Of a stretch of 64,000 nucleotides of DNA, positions 36,577-45,720 are shown one piece after another. The notes below the pieces were generated by a model. It worked only from the letters and a program-made list of their open reading frames with translations, had not been told where the DNA came from and did no database searches. Source of the stretch: Longimicrobiales bacterium. Lineage in GTDB: Bacteria > Gemmatimonadota > Gemmatimonadetes > Longimicrobiales > Gaopeijiaceae. The position numbers and the translations under genes were made by a program. Where the stretch lies: assembly GCA_965202805.1 (NCBI GenBank), contig OZ241869.1, forward strand, positions 2,848,001 to 2,912,000, given 5' to 3'. Each line of letters starts with the position of its first letter. Within the stretch, counting starts at the first letter, position 1.

Positions 36577-37128
36577 ATGAAGATCTACACCAGACGAGGG
36601 GACGAGGGAGAAACCGGCCTGCTGGGGGGCGGGCGGGTGGCCAAGGATCATCCCCGCCTGCACGCGTATGGCACGGTGGACGAACTGAGTTCCTGTCTCG
36701 GCCTCGCCCGCAGCCGGACCGGGGTGCCGGCGACCGCCGCCCGGCTGGTCCGGATCCAGCGCGATCTCTTCGCCATCGGCGCCTCCCTCGCCCTGGCGCC
36801 GGCAGCGGGGGGGCGCAAACGGCCGCCGGTGCCGGAGGTGCCGGTCGAGCGGGTCGGCGAGATGGAGGAGTGGATGGACGAAGCGGACGCCGACCTGCCC
36901 CCACTGCGCAACTTCATCGTGCCGGGTGGCGCGCCGGCCGCCGCGACGCTGCACCTCGCCCGCTCCGTTTGCCGCCGGGCCGAGCGGGCCACCGTGTCGC
37001 TCGCCGCGGCGGAAGCGGTCGACGAGGGAATCCTCCCCTACCTCAACCGGCTGTCGGACCTCCTCTTCGTGCTGGCGCGGCTCGAGAACCACGCTGCCGG
37101 AGTCGCGGACGAGACGTGGGAGCAGTGA
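36577..37128 (+). CDS. pduO: ATP:cob(I)alamin adenosyltransferase (PduO type)
   Basis: MKIYTRRGDEGETGL, AYGTVDEL, FIVPGG, LHLARSVCRRAER, YLNRLSDLLF. Confidence 0.95.
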   Translation: MKIYTRRGDEGETGLLGGGRVAKDHPRLHAYGTVDELSSCLGLARSRTGVPATAARLVRIQRDLFAIGASLALAPAAGGRKRPPVPEVPVERVGEMEEWMDEADADLPPLRNFIVPGGAPAAATLHLARSVCRRAERATVSLAAAEAVDEGILPYLNRLSDLLFVLARLENHAAGVADETWEQ

Positions 37129-37328
37129 GCCGGTCCGAGGGTAGGGTTCACAAGCGCAACGGCCGGGCACCAGCGCGTCCCCGGCGAGAGGCGTGGTCCT
37201 TGCAACCCCCATCGGCTTCCTGCATCATTTAGCGCGATATCGAGCCGGAAACACGCTCGGCGGGTCCGCGGGGGAAGGAGGGCGGCAATGCGCCATGCCC
37301 GGGGACGATCCGAGTCTCAGGAGGGACC

Positions 37329-37562
37329 ATGACATACATCATCACGGAGCCATGCATCGGGACCAAGGACGCCAGTTGCGTCGAGGTGTGTCCGGTGGAC
37401 TGCATCTACGAAACCGAGGATCAATACCTAATCCACCCGGATGAGTGCATTGATTGCGGAGCGTGCGAGCCCGAGTGCCCTGTACAGGCCATCTTCCCGG
37501 ACACGGATGTCCCCGAGGAGTGGACGAACTACATCGAGAAAAACACGGACTACTTCAGCTGA
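37329..37562 (+). CDS. fdxA: Ferredoxin (FdxA-like dicluster)
   Basis: MTYIITEPCIGTKDASCVEVCPVDCIY...IHPDECIDCGACEPECPVQAIF. Confidence 0.93.
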   Translation: MTYIITEPCIGTKDASCVEVCPVDCIYETEDQYLIHPDECIDCGACEPECPVQAIFPDTDVPEEWTNYIEKNTDYFS

Positions 37563-37583
37563 TCACGGACTACTTCGGCTGAT
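37544..37583 (+). repeat. 20-bp tandem duplication of the ferredoxin 3' end
   Basis: CACGGACTACTTCAGCTGAT followed by CACGGACTACTTCGGCTGAT. Confidence 0.85.
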
Positions 37584-37672
37584 CGCGCCGGACGGCCGAT
37601 CGGGGCCGAATGGTCACCCCTCCCGGCGGGCGCACGAGCGAAACCCGCCGCGGAATCGGGGCGTCAGACCGA

Positions 37673-37822
37673 TCAGATGCCCAGTCCCCGCACCTGCTCC
37701 GGGGTGAGCGCCCTCCGGTAGGCGTCCCGAGCCCGCGTGCGGTGGCGGGTCCGGGTGCCGACGAGGATAAGGGTAGCCACGGCAGCGGCACCCAGCAGGC
37801 CAACGGTAAAGGCTCGGATGAT
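37673..37822 (-). CDS. Putative 49-aa single-TM small protein (non-canonical ATC start)
   Basis: IIRAFTVGLLGAAAVATLILVGTRTRHRTRARDAYRRALTPEQVRGLGI*; GGAGG directly upstream; sigma54 motif upstream. Confidence 0.5.
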   Translation of the reverse strand: MIRAFTVGLLGAAAVATLILVGTRTRHRTRARDAYRRALTPEQVRGLGI

Positions 37823-37874
37823 CCCCTCCCCATGTTGCAGATCCCGTTTTCCAACCAGCCTTCGCCGCCTTTAC

Positions 37875-37890
37875 AGCAGGAACCGTGCCC
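37875..37890 (-). promoter_or_regulatory. sigma54 (-24/-12) promoter
   Basis: GGGCACGGTTCCTGCT = GG-N10-GC with GGCACG core. Confidence 0.6.
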
Positions 37891-38062
37891 CGCGGAACGA
37901 GAGCCTCAAACCTCGCTCGGAGGCGGCAATTCCGGTACCTGAGGCGCGCTCTCGCGAATCAGGGCCGACGCGCGGGAACGGAAAACCGGGAATGACCGTT
38001 CCGGAGCCACTGAAAACTGATGCCGTCCGGGCTCATGCTCCGCCCCCGGGCGGGAGGCCCGG

Positions 38063-39238
38063 ATGACCCCGCGGAAGAGCGTGCGCAGCCGTGCGCGGGA
38101 AGGCGATGCGCTCGCGCTGGCGCGACTCCTGGTGGCCGTGCCATCCGTCAATCCGCGGATCGAGGCCTCCGGAAGCGGAGAAGCGGAGATCGCCGCCTGC
38201 TCGGCCGAGCTGCTCGAGGGCTGGGGATTCGACGTTTCGCTGACGGAACCGGAGCCGGGCCGCCCCAACGTGGTCGGACGCATGGGCGAGGGGCCTCGGA
38301 GCCTCATGTTCAACGGGCACCTGGACACGGTCGGGGTGGAGGGCATGACCATCGACCCGTTCGGCGCGGAAGTTCGGGACGGACGCCTGTGGGGACGCGG
38401 GTCGTGCGACATGAAGGGTGGGGTGGCGGCCCTGTTGAGCGCGGCGGCCGCGCTGGCGCGGTGGGGTCCGCCGAATGAGCTCATCGTTGCGTTGACCGCC
38501 GACGAGGAGCACGCGAGCACCGGAATGGCCGGGCTCACCGAGGCGGGGGTGCGGGCCGATGCCGCCGTCGTATGCGAGCCGACCGGGCTCGCGGTCATGC
38601 CCGCCCACAAGGGGTTCGTGTGGGTCGAGGCCGGCTTCTCGGGGCGCGCCGCGCATGGGTCTCGGCCCGATCAGGGGGTGGACGCGATTCTGCACGCCGC
38701 CGAGTTCCTCGTCGCCATGGCGGAATACGAGGAAAGCCTGTTCGAGCGGGCGCCGCATCCGCTGCTGGGCTGGGGGTCGATCCACGCGGGAACCATCTCC
38801 GGCGGGGCCGCCCCGTCGGTCTATCCGGAGCACTGCGAGGTCGTGGTGGAACGGCGCACCCTGCCCGAAGAGTCGCCCGAAGCCGTGATGCGGGAGCTCG
38901 CCGCCGTGGTGGCGGGGCTGGGGGAGGAGGCACGGTCCGGCGCCGCCCTGAGGATGACCCTGGAGCGTCCGGGGACGGAAGTCGCGGAGGCGTCGCCTCT
39001 GGTGCAGGGTCTGCTCACGGCGATCGCCGCCGCCGGACGGGACCCGACCATCGAGGGCATGACCGCCTGGGTCGACGCCGCCTTCCTGAACCAATGCGGG
39101 ACTCCGGCCGTATGTTTCGGTCCCGGGTCGATCGCGCAGGCGCACTCCGCCGACGAGTGGATCGCCATCGACGAGATCGAGTCGTGCGCGCGCATCCTGG
39201 AAGGGTTCGGCCGCGAGTTTCTGGCCGGAGGGAGGTAG
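38063..39238 (+). CDS. ArgE/DapE-family M20 deacylase
   Basis: FNGHLDTV, GRGSCDMKGG, ADEEH, CEPT, AHSADE. Confidence 0.93.
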   Translation: MTPRKSVRSRAREGDALALARLLVAVPSVNPRIEASGSGEAEIAACSAELLEGWGFDVSLTEPEPGRPNVVGRMGEGPRSLMFNGHLDTVGVEGMTIDPFGAEVRDGRLWGRGSCDMKGGVAALLSAAAALARWGPPNELIVALTADEEHASTGMAGLTEAGVRADAAVVCEPTGLAVMPAHKGFVWVEAGFSGRAAHGSRPDQGVDAILHAAEFLVAMAEYEESLFERAPHPLLGWGSIHAGTISGGAAPSVYPEHCEVVVERRTLPEESPEAVMRELAAVVAGLGEEARSGAALRMTLERPGTEVAEASPLVQGLLTAIAAAGRDPTIEGMTAWVDAAFLNQCGTPAVCFGPGSIAQAHSADEWIAIDEIESCARILEGFGREFLAGGR

Positions 39239-39955
39239 ATGAAGGGCAATCCGGAGGCCGGTGACGAAGCGCTGAGCAAGGTGCGCCAGGCCACCATCGA
39301 CCGGCTGTGCGAGCGGTTTGCCGAGGATCGCCTGTCGATGGACGACTTCGAGCGCCGTCTCGATCTTGCGCACCGGGCGACCAAGACCAGCCAGCTCAGG
39401 TCGCTGGTCGCCGGTTTCCCTCCCATGACCCCGCAGCGGGCCGGCGGCAGCCCCGCCCCGTCGACTCCCCCGGGCCCGGCCTTCCCCGCCGAGACCGTTC
39501 CTCCGGAGCGGGTGCCGGCCCGGCAGTTCATGGCGGGCATTCTGGGAGCGAGCACGCGCGGGGGGGTCTGGGTGGCGCCCCGCGAGATGTACGCCGTCGC
39601 GCTGATGGGCGGGGTGGAACTCGACTTTCGGGAGGCCGGGTTCGGGCCGGGCGTTACAGAGGTGACCGTGTTCGCCATGTGGGGCGGCGTGGACGTCATC
39701 GTCCCCCCGGACCTCCAGGTCGAATGCAACGGCGCGGGCATCCTGGGAGGCTTCGAACGCACACCCGACGAGCTCGCGGTTGCATCCGCAGGTTCCGCCG
39801 GTCCGGAATCTCCCGTCTTGAGGGTGAACGGGGTGGCCGTGATGGGCGGCGTTACCGTAAGCACGCGGCTCCCCGGAGAACGGGAGAAGGACGCGGCCCG
39901 CCGCCGCAAGCTGGCGCGGAAGGCGCGCCGCAAGCAGCTCCGGGAGAGATGGTGA
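39239..39955 (+). CDS. DUF1707 (SHOCT-like) + LiaF-C-like domain protein
   Basis: TIDRLCERFAEDRLSMDDFERRLDLA; ALMGGVELDFREA; AMWGGVDVIVPP. Confidence 0.8.
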   Translation: MKGNPEAGDEALSKVRQATIDRLCERFAEDRLSMDDFERRLDLAHRATKTSQLRSLVAGFPPMTPQRAGGSPAPSTPPGPAFPAETVPPERVPARQFMAGILGASTRGGVWVAPREMYAVALMGGVELDFREAGFGPGVTEVTVFAMWGGVDVIVPPDLQVECNGAGILGGFERTPDELAVASAGSAGPESPVLRVNGVAVMGGVTVSTRLPGEREKDAARRRKLARKARRKQLRERW

Positions 39956-40860
39956 AGGAGCTGGCGCTGGTGTCGGTGCAGATGGACCTCGGCGCCGGGC
40001 GGCGCGGCGTGGACATGGGACCGTCCGCGATGCGCATCGCCGGTCTGCGGAATACGCTGGAAGGACTGGACTACCGCGTTCGCGAGATGGGAACCGTGGT
40101 GGCGACCGATCCCGAACGTTCCGAGCAGCAGGATCTCAACGCGCGCTACCTGCCCGAGGTCGAGTCCGTATGCCGCCGCGCCCGGGACATGGTCGAGGAT
40201 GCGCTGGTGCGGGGGTGCATGCCCCTCGTGCTGGGCGGAGACCACAGCATCGCCATGGGATCGGTGGCGGGGGTGAGCCGCTTCTGCGCGCGCAGCCGCG
40301 AGAGGGTCGGGCTCATCTGGGTGGATGCGCACTCGGACATGAACACGCCGGAGACCAGCCCGTCGGGCAACGTGCACGGGATGCCGCTGGCGGTGCTCAC
40401 CGGCCACGGGCCGAAGGTGCTGAGGTCGCTGGCGGACCGGCACCCGGCAGTGCGCCCGGAGAACGTGAGCATGATCGGCGTGCGCGAAATCGACGCCGCC
40501 GAGCGGGAGGTGGTCGTCTCATCCGGCGTGCGCGTGTTCACCATGTCGGAAGTCGACGAGCGCGGCATCGCCCCCTGTGTGGACGAGGCAATCGCCAGAG
40601 CGTGCGCGGGCACCGCCGGGTTCCACCTCTCCTACGACCTGGACAGCCTCGACCCCATGATCGCGCCGGGGGTGGGCACGCCGGTTCCCGGCGGGCTGAC
40701 CTTCCGCGAAGGCCACCTGATCTGCGAGAAGGTGGCCCGCTCGGGACGGCTCCTCAGCCTGGAAGTGGTGGAGCTCAACCCCGTGCTGGACGCCCGCAAC
40801 CGCACCGCGCAGATGGCGGTGGGGCTGATCGCCTCCGCGCTGGGACAGACGATACTCTGA
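39949..40860 (+). CDS. rocF: Arginase
   Basis: RRGVDMGPSA, LGGDHSIA, WVDAHSDMNT, SGNVHGMP, SYDLDSLDP, GTPVPGG, VELNP. Confidence 0.95.
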   Translation: MVKELALVSVQMDLGAGRRGVDMGPSAMRIAGLRNTLEGLDYRVREMGTVVATDPERSEQQDLNARYLPEVESVCRRARDMVEDALVRGCMPLVLGGDHSIAMGSVAGVSRFCARSRERVGLIWVDAHSDMNTPETSPSGNVHGMPLAVLTGHGPKVLRSLADRHPAVRPENVSMIGVREIDAAEREVVVSSGVRVFTMSEVDERGIAPCVDEAIARACAGTAGFHLSYDLDSLDPMIAPGVGTPVPGGLTFREGHLICEKVARSGRLLSLEVVELNPVLDARNRTAQMAVGLIASALGQTIL

Positions 40861-40971
40861 GGGCGCGCCGGCCGGCCGTCAGCCGCGCCGGTGGCCGTGC
40901 TGCGCAGGGCGACGCGATCCGGCGCGCATGCGTCGCCGCTCGAATGTCGGGGGGAGTTCGTCCGCGGGCTG

Positions 40972-41391
40972 TCAGGCGCAGTGCTGGTCGAACGCGCTTC
41001 CCAGGTCGGCGGCGATCTGGTAGGCGGAATGCCCCTCGATCTGGTGGCGCTCCATCATGTACACGAGCTCGCCGTCCTTGAACAGCGCGACCGACGGCGA
41101 CGACGGCGGGTAGCCGGCGATGTACTCGCGCGCCTTGGCGGTGGCGTCCATGTCCTGACCCGCGAAGACGGTGGTCAGGATCTCGGGGCGGTTCTCGTGC
41201 TCCATCGCCAGCGCGACCCCGGGCCGCATGGCTCCCGCCGCGCAACCGCAGATCGAGTTCACGACCAGCAGCAGGGTGCGGTCTTCACCGTCCACGACCG
41301 CGTCCACCTGGTCGGCCGTGCGCAGCTCCTGAAAGCCCATGCGGACCAGTTCCGCGCGCATGGGGGCAACGATCATCTCGGGGTATGGCAT
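40972..41391 (-). CDS. BrxA/BrxB-family bacilliredoxin
   Basis: PMRAEL..GF.ELRT, VVNSICGCAAG, TVFAGQD, PPSSPS.ALFKDG. Confidence 0.92.
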   Translation of the reverse strand: MPYPEMIVAPMRAELVRMGFQELRTADQVDAVVDGEDRTLLLVVNSICGCAAGAMRPGVALAMEHENRPEILTTVFAGQDMDATAKAREYIAGYPPSSPSVALFKDGELVYMMERHQIEGHSAYQIAADLGSAFDQHCA

Positions 41392-41681
41392 CGCGAATCA
41401 CTCCGGTCGCTGGGGATAGCCTGGAACGGGATGGGGGCGGCGATGGCGTTTGCCGGATCGCCGCGGCCGACATCCTTTAGTGGGCGGAAAGTAACGCGGA
41501 GCGAACTGTCCCCTCAAGTCCTGGTACTATTGCCTGCAGGGCAGCCGCGGATCCAGGTTTCCCGAGCCCTCGCAGGGCCCCCCGGGGCTTCCGCGAAGGC
41601 GCCCCCTCCCGGGCGTCGGCTGCCGTTGCGCCTCTTTCGCCCAGGAAATCGCACACGGAAGCGGGAGGCCGCCGGACTCGC

Positions 41682-42206
41682 ATGGTGAAGGCCACGACCT
41701 GCATCGTTCATCTGCGCGTGAACGGAGACGACTACGCACCGGGCGTCCCCTCGCACTACACGCTGCTCGAGACGCTGCGCTACGTCATCGGGCTCACGGG
41801 CTCCAAGCAGGGCTGCGACAAGGGCGACTGCGGCGCATGCACGGTCATCCTCGATGGAGAGCCCCATCTGTCGTGCATCACCCCGGTCCTCGCGGCGGAG
41901 GGGCGCGAGATTCGTACCGTCGAGGGGCTCGCCGCCGCGGGACGGCCGCACCCGGTGCAGCACGCCTTCGATCTCAACGGGGCGGCGCAGTGCGGCTTCT
42001 GCACGCCCGGCATCCTCTGTTCGGCGGTCGCCCTCCTGGAGCGCAACGATGCCCCGAGCCGGACGGAGATCCGGGAAGCGCTCGCCGGCAATCTCTGCCG
42101 CTGCACCGGCTACACCAAGATCTACGATGCGGTCGAATCGGCGGCCGCGGTGTTGCGAATGGAATCCGGCGGAATGGAGACCGGCGGCGAGGAGACCGGC
42201 GAATGA
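41682..42206 (+). CDS. (2Fe-2S) subunit of a xanthine-oxidase-family enzyme (HcrC/CoxS-like)
   Basis: GSKQGCDKGDCGACTV, QCGFCTPG, GNLCRCTGY. Confidence 0.95.
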   Translation: MVKATTCIVHLRVNGDDYAPGVPSHYTLLETLRYVIGLTGSKQGCDKGDCGACTVILDGEPHLSCITPVLAAEGREIRTVEGLAAAGRPHPVQHAFDLNGAAQCGFCTPGILCSAVALLERNDAPSRTEIREALAGNLCRCTGYTKIYDAVESAAAVLRMESGGMETGGEETGE

Positions 42207-44713
42207 GCGATCGTCCGGGAGGTGGCCCGATGGGCGGCCCGGTCCTGGGGGATCTTCCCCTGTGGGATGCAAGGGGCGACGCGTCCGAGCCGGGTACCGG
42301 GACGGGGTCCGGCTTCACGGTCGTAGGCAAGCCGCAGCGCAAGGTGGACGGGCTGGCCAAGGCCACGGGCAAGGCGGCGTACACCGACGACATCTCGCTC
42401 CCGGGGATGCTGCACGGGAAGATCCTGCGGAGTCCGCACCCACACGCCCGCATCCTCTCCATCGATGCCTCCCGGGCGCTCGCGCTGGAGGGCGTGCACG
42501 CCGTGATCACGGGCCGGGACATGCCGGTCCGCTACGGCATCATTCCCTGGACACCCGACGAATACCCGCTGTGCGTGGAGCGGGTGCGCTACATCGGGGA
42601 CGGGGTCGCGGCGGTGGCGGCGGTGGACGAGGACACCGCGATCCGGGCGCTCGCGCTGATCCGCGTCGAGTACGAGGAACTGCCCGCCTGCCTCGATCCG
42701 GCGGAGGCGCTCGCGGCGGATGGCAGCGCGGAGCGTCCCTTCATCCACGAGCCTCGCCGGGAGGGGCGGAACGGCAACGTCACCAAGCGGGTGCGGCTCA
42801 GCTTCGGCGAAGTGGACGAGGGCATGGCGGAAGCGGACGTGGTGGTGGAGGGCGAGTACTTCTTCGAGGGCAGCACCCACACCCCCATCGAGCCGCACTG
42901 CGCCATCGGCCGCTACGACGAGAGCGGGCGCCTGACGGTGTGGTCGGCCACCCAGGTGCCCCACTACCTGCACCGCGAGCTGGGCTCGGTCCTGGGCCTG
43001 GATCCCGCGACCATACGCGTCATCCAGCCGCCCGTGGGCGGGGCGTTCGGCGGCAAGTCCGAGCCCTTCGACCTGGAGTTCTGCGTCGCCCGCCTGGCCA
43101 TGGTGACGGGGCGCCCGGTCAAGATCCTCTACACCCGCGAAGAGGTGTTCTACGCCCACCGCGGGCGGCATCCCTTCCACATGAAGTACCGGACCGGCGC
43201 CGACGGGGAGGGCAGGCTGCGGGCGGTGGACGCCGAGGTGGTGCTGGACGGGGGCGCCTACGCGTCCTTCGGGCTCGTGACCACGTATTACGCCGGCCAG
43301 TTGCTCACCGCGCCCTACGCCATGCCCGCGTACCGCTTCGATTCCACGCGCGTCTACACCAACAAGCCCGCATGCGGCCCGAAACGCGGCCACGGTTCGG
43401 TGCAGCCGCGCTTCGCCTTCGAAGTGCAGCTGGACAAGCTGGCCGAGAGACTGGGGATGGACCCCATCGAGCTCCGGCGCGTCAACTTCATGGGCAGCAA
43501 CACGCGCACGGTCAACGAGCTGCGCGTCACCTCGAACGGCTTCCTCGAGTGTCTGGAGGCCGTGGAGCGGGCCAGCGGCTGGCGGGAGCGCTTCCGCCGG
43601 CTGCCCCCGGGACGGGGACTCGGGGTGGCCGGATCGTGCTACATCTCCGGGACCAACTACCCTGTCTATCCGAACGAGATGCCGCAGTCGGCGATCCAGC
43701 TGCAGGTGGACAGGTCGGGGCGGGTGGCGGTGCTGAGCGGCGCGTCGGAGATCGGGCAGGGCTGCGATTCCATGGTGGCGTACATCACCGCCGAGGAGCT
43801 GGGCGTGCCGCTCGAGTACGTGCGCGTGCTGGCCGGCGACACCGACTTCACCCCGGTGGACCTGGGCGCCTATTCGTCGCGCATCACCTTCATGCTTGGC
43901 AACGCCTGCATCGACGCCGCGCGCAAGCTGCGGAGGAAGGTGCAGGAGGCCGTGGCCGAGGACTGGGATTGTCGGCCGGGCCAGGTTCAGCTGGCGGGCG
44001 GATGGGCGTACTTCGCGCCCGACACCGGGCGCCGGATGCGGATCGCGGAGGCGTTCAACCTGGCCGAGGCGCGCTTCGGCACGCTGGGAGCCACGGGCTG
44101 GTACAACACCCCGCGCGACAATCACGGCGACTATCGGGGCGGGACCATCGGCGCCTCGCCCGCGTACTCCTTCACGGCCCATGTGGCCGAGGTCGACGTG
44201 GATGTCGAGACCGGGGTCGTGGACGTGGTCCGGATCTGGGTGGCGCACGACTGCGGGCGCGCCCTGAATCCGTTGCTCGTGGAGGGCCAGATGGAGGGGT
44301 CCGTCTACATGGGCTTCGCCGAGGCGCTCATGGAGGAGCAGATCTTCAAGTCCGCCTCGCAGGGGCGCGCCGGGCTCCACAATGCGCCCTCGCTCCTCGA
44401 CTACCGCATCCCCACGAGCCTGGACACCCCGGAAATCGAGTCGCTGATCGTCGAGTCGATCGATCCGGAGGGGCCCTACGGCGCCAAGGAGGCGGGCGAG
44501 GGCCCGCTCCACTCCTCGATCCCGGCGATCGCCAACGCCATCTACGACGCAACCGGAGTGCGCATGGACCGTCTGCCCTTCTCGCCGCCGAATGTGTGGA
44601 AGGCCATACAGGAGGCCGGGGGCCCGAAGGCGCTGGAGCCGCCCCGGCGACGGGTGGCCGCGGCGCGAGAATCCGCGCGGCCCGACCGGGCGGCGGTGGG
44701 GGTGGGCGGATGA
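42203..44713 (+). CDS. Molybdopterin-binding subunit, 4-hydroxybenzoyl-CoA reductase alpha (HcrA)-like
   Basis: ILRSPHPHARI, TQVPHYLH, VGGAFGGK, RGHG, LGAYSSRITFM.GNA, GPYGAKEAGEG. Confidence 0.9.
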   Translation: MSDRPGGGPMGGPVLGDLPLWDARGDASEPGTGTGSGFTVVGKPQRKVDGLAKATGKAAYTDDISLPGMLHGKILRSPHPHARILSIDASRALALEGVHAVITGRDMPVRYGIIPWTPDEYPLCVERVRYIGDGVAAVAAVDEDTAIRALALIRVEYEELPACLDPAEALAADGSAERPFIHEPRREGRNGNVTKRVRLSFGEVDEGMAEADVVVEGEYFFEGSTHTPIEPHCAIGRYDESGRLTVWSATQVPHYLHRELGSVLGLDPATIRVIQPPVGGAFGGKSEPFDLEFCVARLAMVTGRPVKILYTREEVFYAHRGRHPFHMKYRTGADGEGRLRAVDAEVVLDGGAYASFGLVTTYYAGQLLTAPYAMPAYRFDSTRVYTNKPACGPKRGHGSVQPRFAFEVQLDKLAERLGMDPIELRRVNFMGSNTRTVNELRVTSNGFLECLEAVERASGWRERFRRLPPGRGLGVAGSCYISGTNYPVYPNEMPQSAIQLQVDRSGRVAVLSGASEIGQGCDSMVAYITAEELGVPLEYVRVLAGDTDFTPVDLGAYSSRITFMLGNACIDAARKLRRKVQEAVAEDWDCRPGQVQLAGGWAYFAPDTGRRMRIAEAFNLAEARFGTLGATGWYNTPRDNHGDYRGGTIGASPAYSFTAHVAEVDVDVETGVVDVVRIWVAHDCGRALNPLLVEGQMEGSVYMGFAEALMEEQIFKSASQGRAGLHNAPSLLDYRIPTSLDTPEIESLIVESIDPEGPYGAKEAGEGPLHSSIPAIANAIYDATGVRMDRLPFSPPNVWKAIQEAGGPKALEPPRRRVAAARESARPDRAAVGVGG

Positions 44714-45720
44714 GCGCAACTGCACGGCGGGGAGCGCCGGCGCACGTAATACAGGCGTATTACAGGCTTCTGGCGCGCCCCTTGGCGGCCATCGTCGCGC
44801 TTCTGGCCCTTGCCTCGTGTGATTCGGGATCTGCCGCCGAAGAGGCCCGCCTGCTGGCGATGTCCGAGGGGACGGCGGAGGACTGGGACATCGTGAGCTC
44901 CACCCTGGCCCGCGCCTGGGACGAAGAGCTGCACCTCCTCCCGCTGGGCGAGACCATGGCGCGCATCGGGGTGAGCTTCGTGGGCACCGCGTATGTGCCC
45001 GCGACGCTGGAGGTGGAGGGTCCCGAGCGGCTGGTCGTCAACCTGAGGCAACTCGACTGCGTCACCTTCGTCGAGAACGTGCTCGCGCTGGGCCGCTTCG
45101 TTCATCTCCACGACCCGTCCGTGCTCGAGGACGAGGAGCGGCTGCGCGACGAGTACCGGCGCCTGCTCACCGGGATCCGGTACCGGGGAGGGAAGCTCGA
45201 GGGCTATCCGAGCCGGCTTCACTACTTCTCGGAGTGGATCGCCGACAACGAGATGCGCGGGCTCGTGCGCGACGTCTCCCGGGAGTTGGGCGGGGCGCCC
45301 GACGACACCCCGATCGACTTCATGTCGACGCACCCGGACGCCTACCGGCAGCTTTCCGAACCCGGCGTGGTCGACGAGATCGCGCGCACGGAGGCGCGGC
45401 TGAGCGCGCGGCCGCGCTACTACATCGGCGAGGAGCACATCGAGGCAGCGGCTCACGGCATCGCCGACGGCGACATCATCGCCGCCACGTCCACCGTTGC
45501 GGGCCTCGACATCGCGCACACCGGGCTGGCGCTGGTGCGGGACGGCAGCGTGTTCCTGCTGCACGCGCCCCTGGTCGGGTCCGAGGTCCAGATCAGCGAG
45601 GTTCCGCTCTCGGAGCGCGTGCGGCGCATCGGAGGCCAGGACGGGATCATGGTTGCGAGGCCGCTGGATCCGGGCGGTGCGGACGAAGAGCCCGCCAATG
45701 CGCCCGCAAGAGATCGCTGA
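44710..45720 (+). CDS. DUF1460 (AmiA-like N-acetylmuramoyl-L-alanine amidase) lipoprotein
   Basis: Lipobox LASC, FVGTAYVPATLE..ERLVVNLRQLDCVTFVE, RLHYFSEWI, GLDIAHTG, LLHA. Confidence 0.88.
   Translation: MSATARRGAPAHVIQAYYRLLARPLAAIVALLALASCDSGSAAEEARLLAMSEGTAEDWDIVSSTLARAWDEELHLLPLGETMARIGVSFVGTAYVPATLEVEGPERLVVNLRQLDCVTFVENVLALGRFVHLHDPSVLEDEERLRDEYRRLLTGIRYRGGKLEGYPSRLHYFSEWIADNEMRGLVRDVSRELGGAPDDTPIDFMSTHPDAYRQLSEPGVVDEIARTEARLSARPRYYIGEEHIEAAAHGIADGDIIAATSTVAGLDIAHTGLALVRDGSVFLLHAPLVGSEVQISEVPLSERVRRIGGQDGIMVARPLDPGGADEEPANAPARDR

Noticed and set aside
37570..37854. 94-aa minus-strand ORF from the track
   Set aside because: Pro/Arg/Ser-rich with no recognisable features; the overlapping frame gives a cleaner TM peptide positioned after the SD
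37563..38062. 6S RNA, tmRNA or RNase P RNA in the 500-nt gap
   Set aside because: No tmRNA or RNase P terminal motifs could be found, and the 6S resemblance is superficial. A sigma54-driven small ORF explains the region better; an Rfam scan would settle it.
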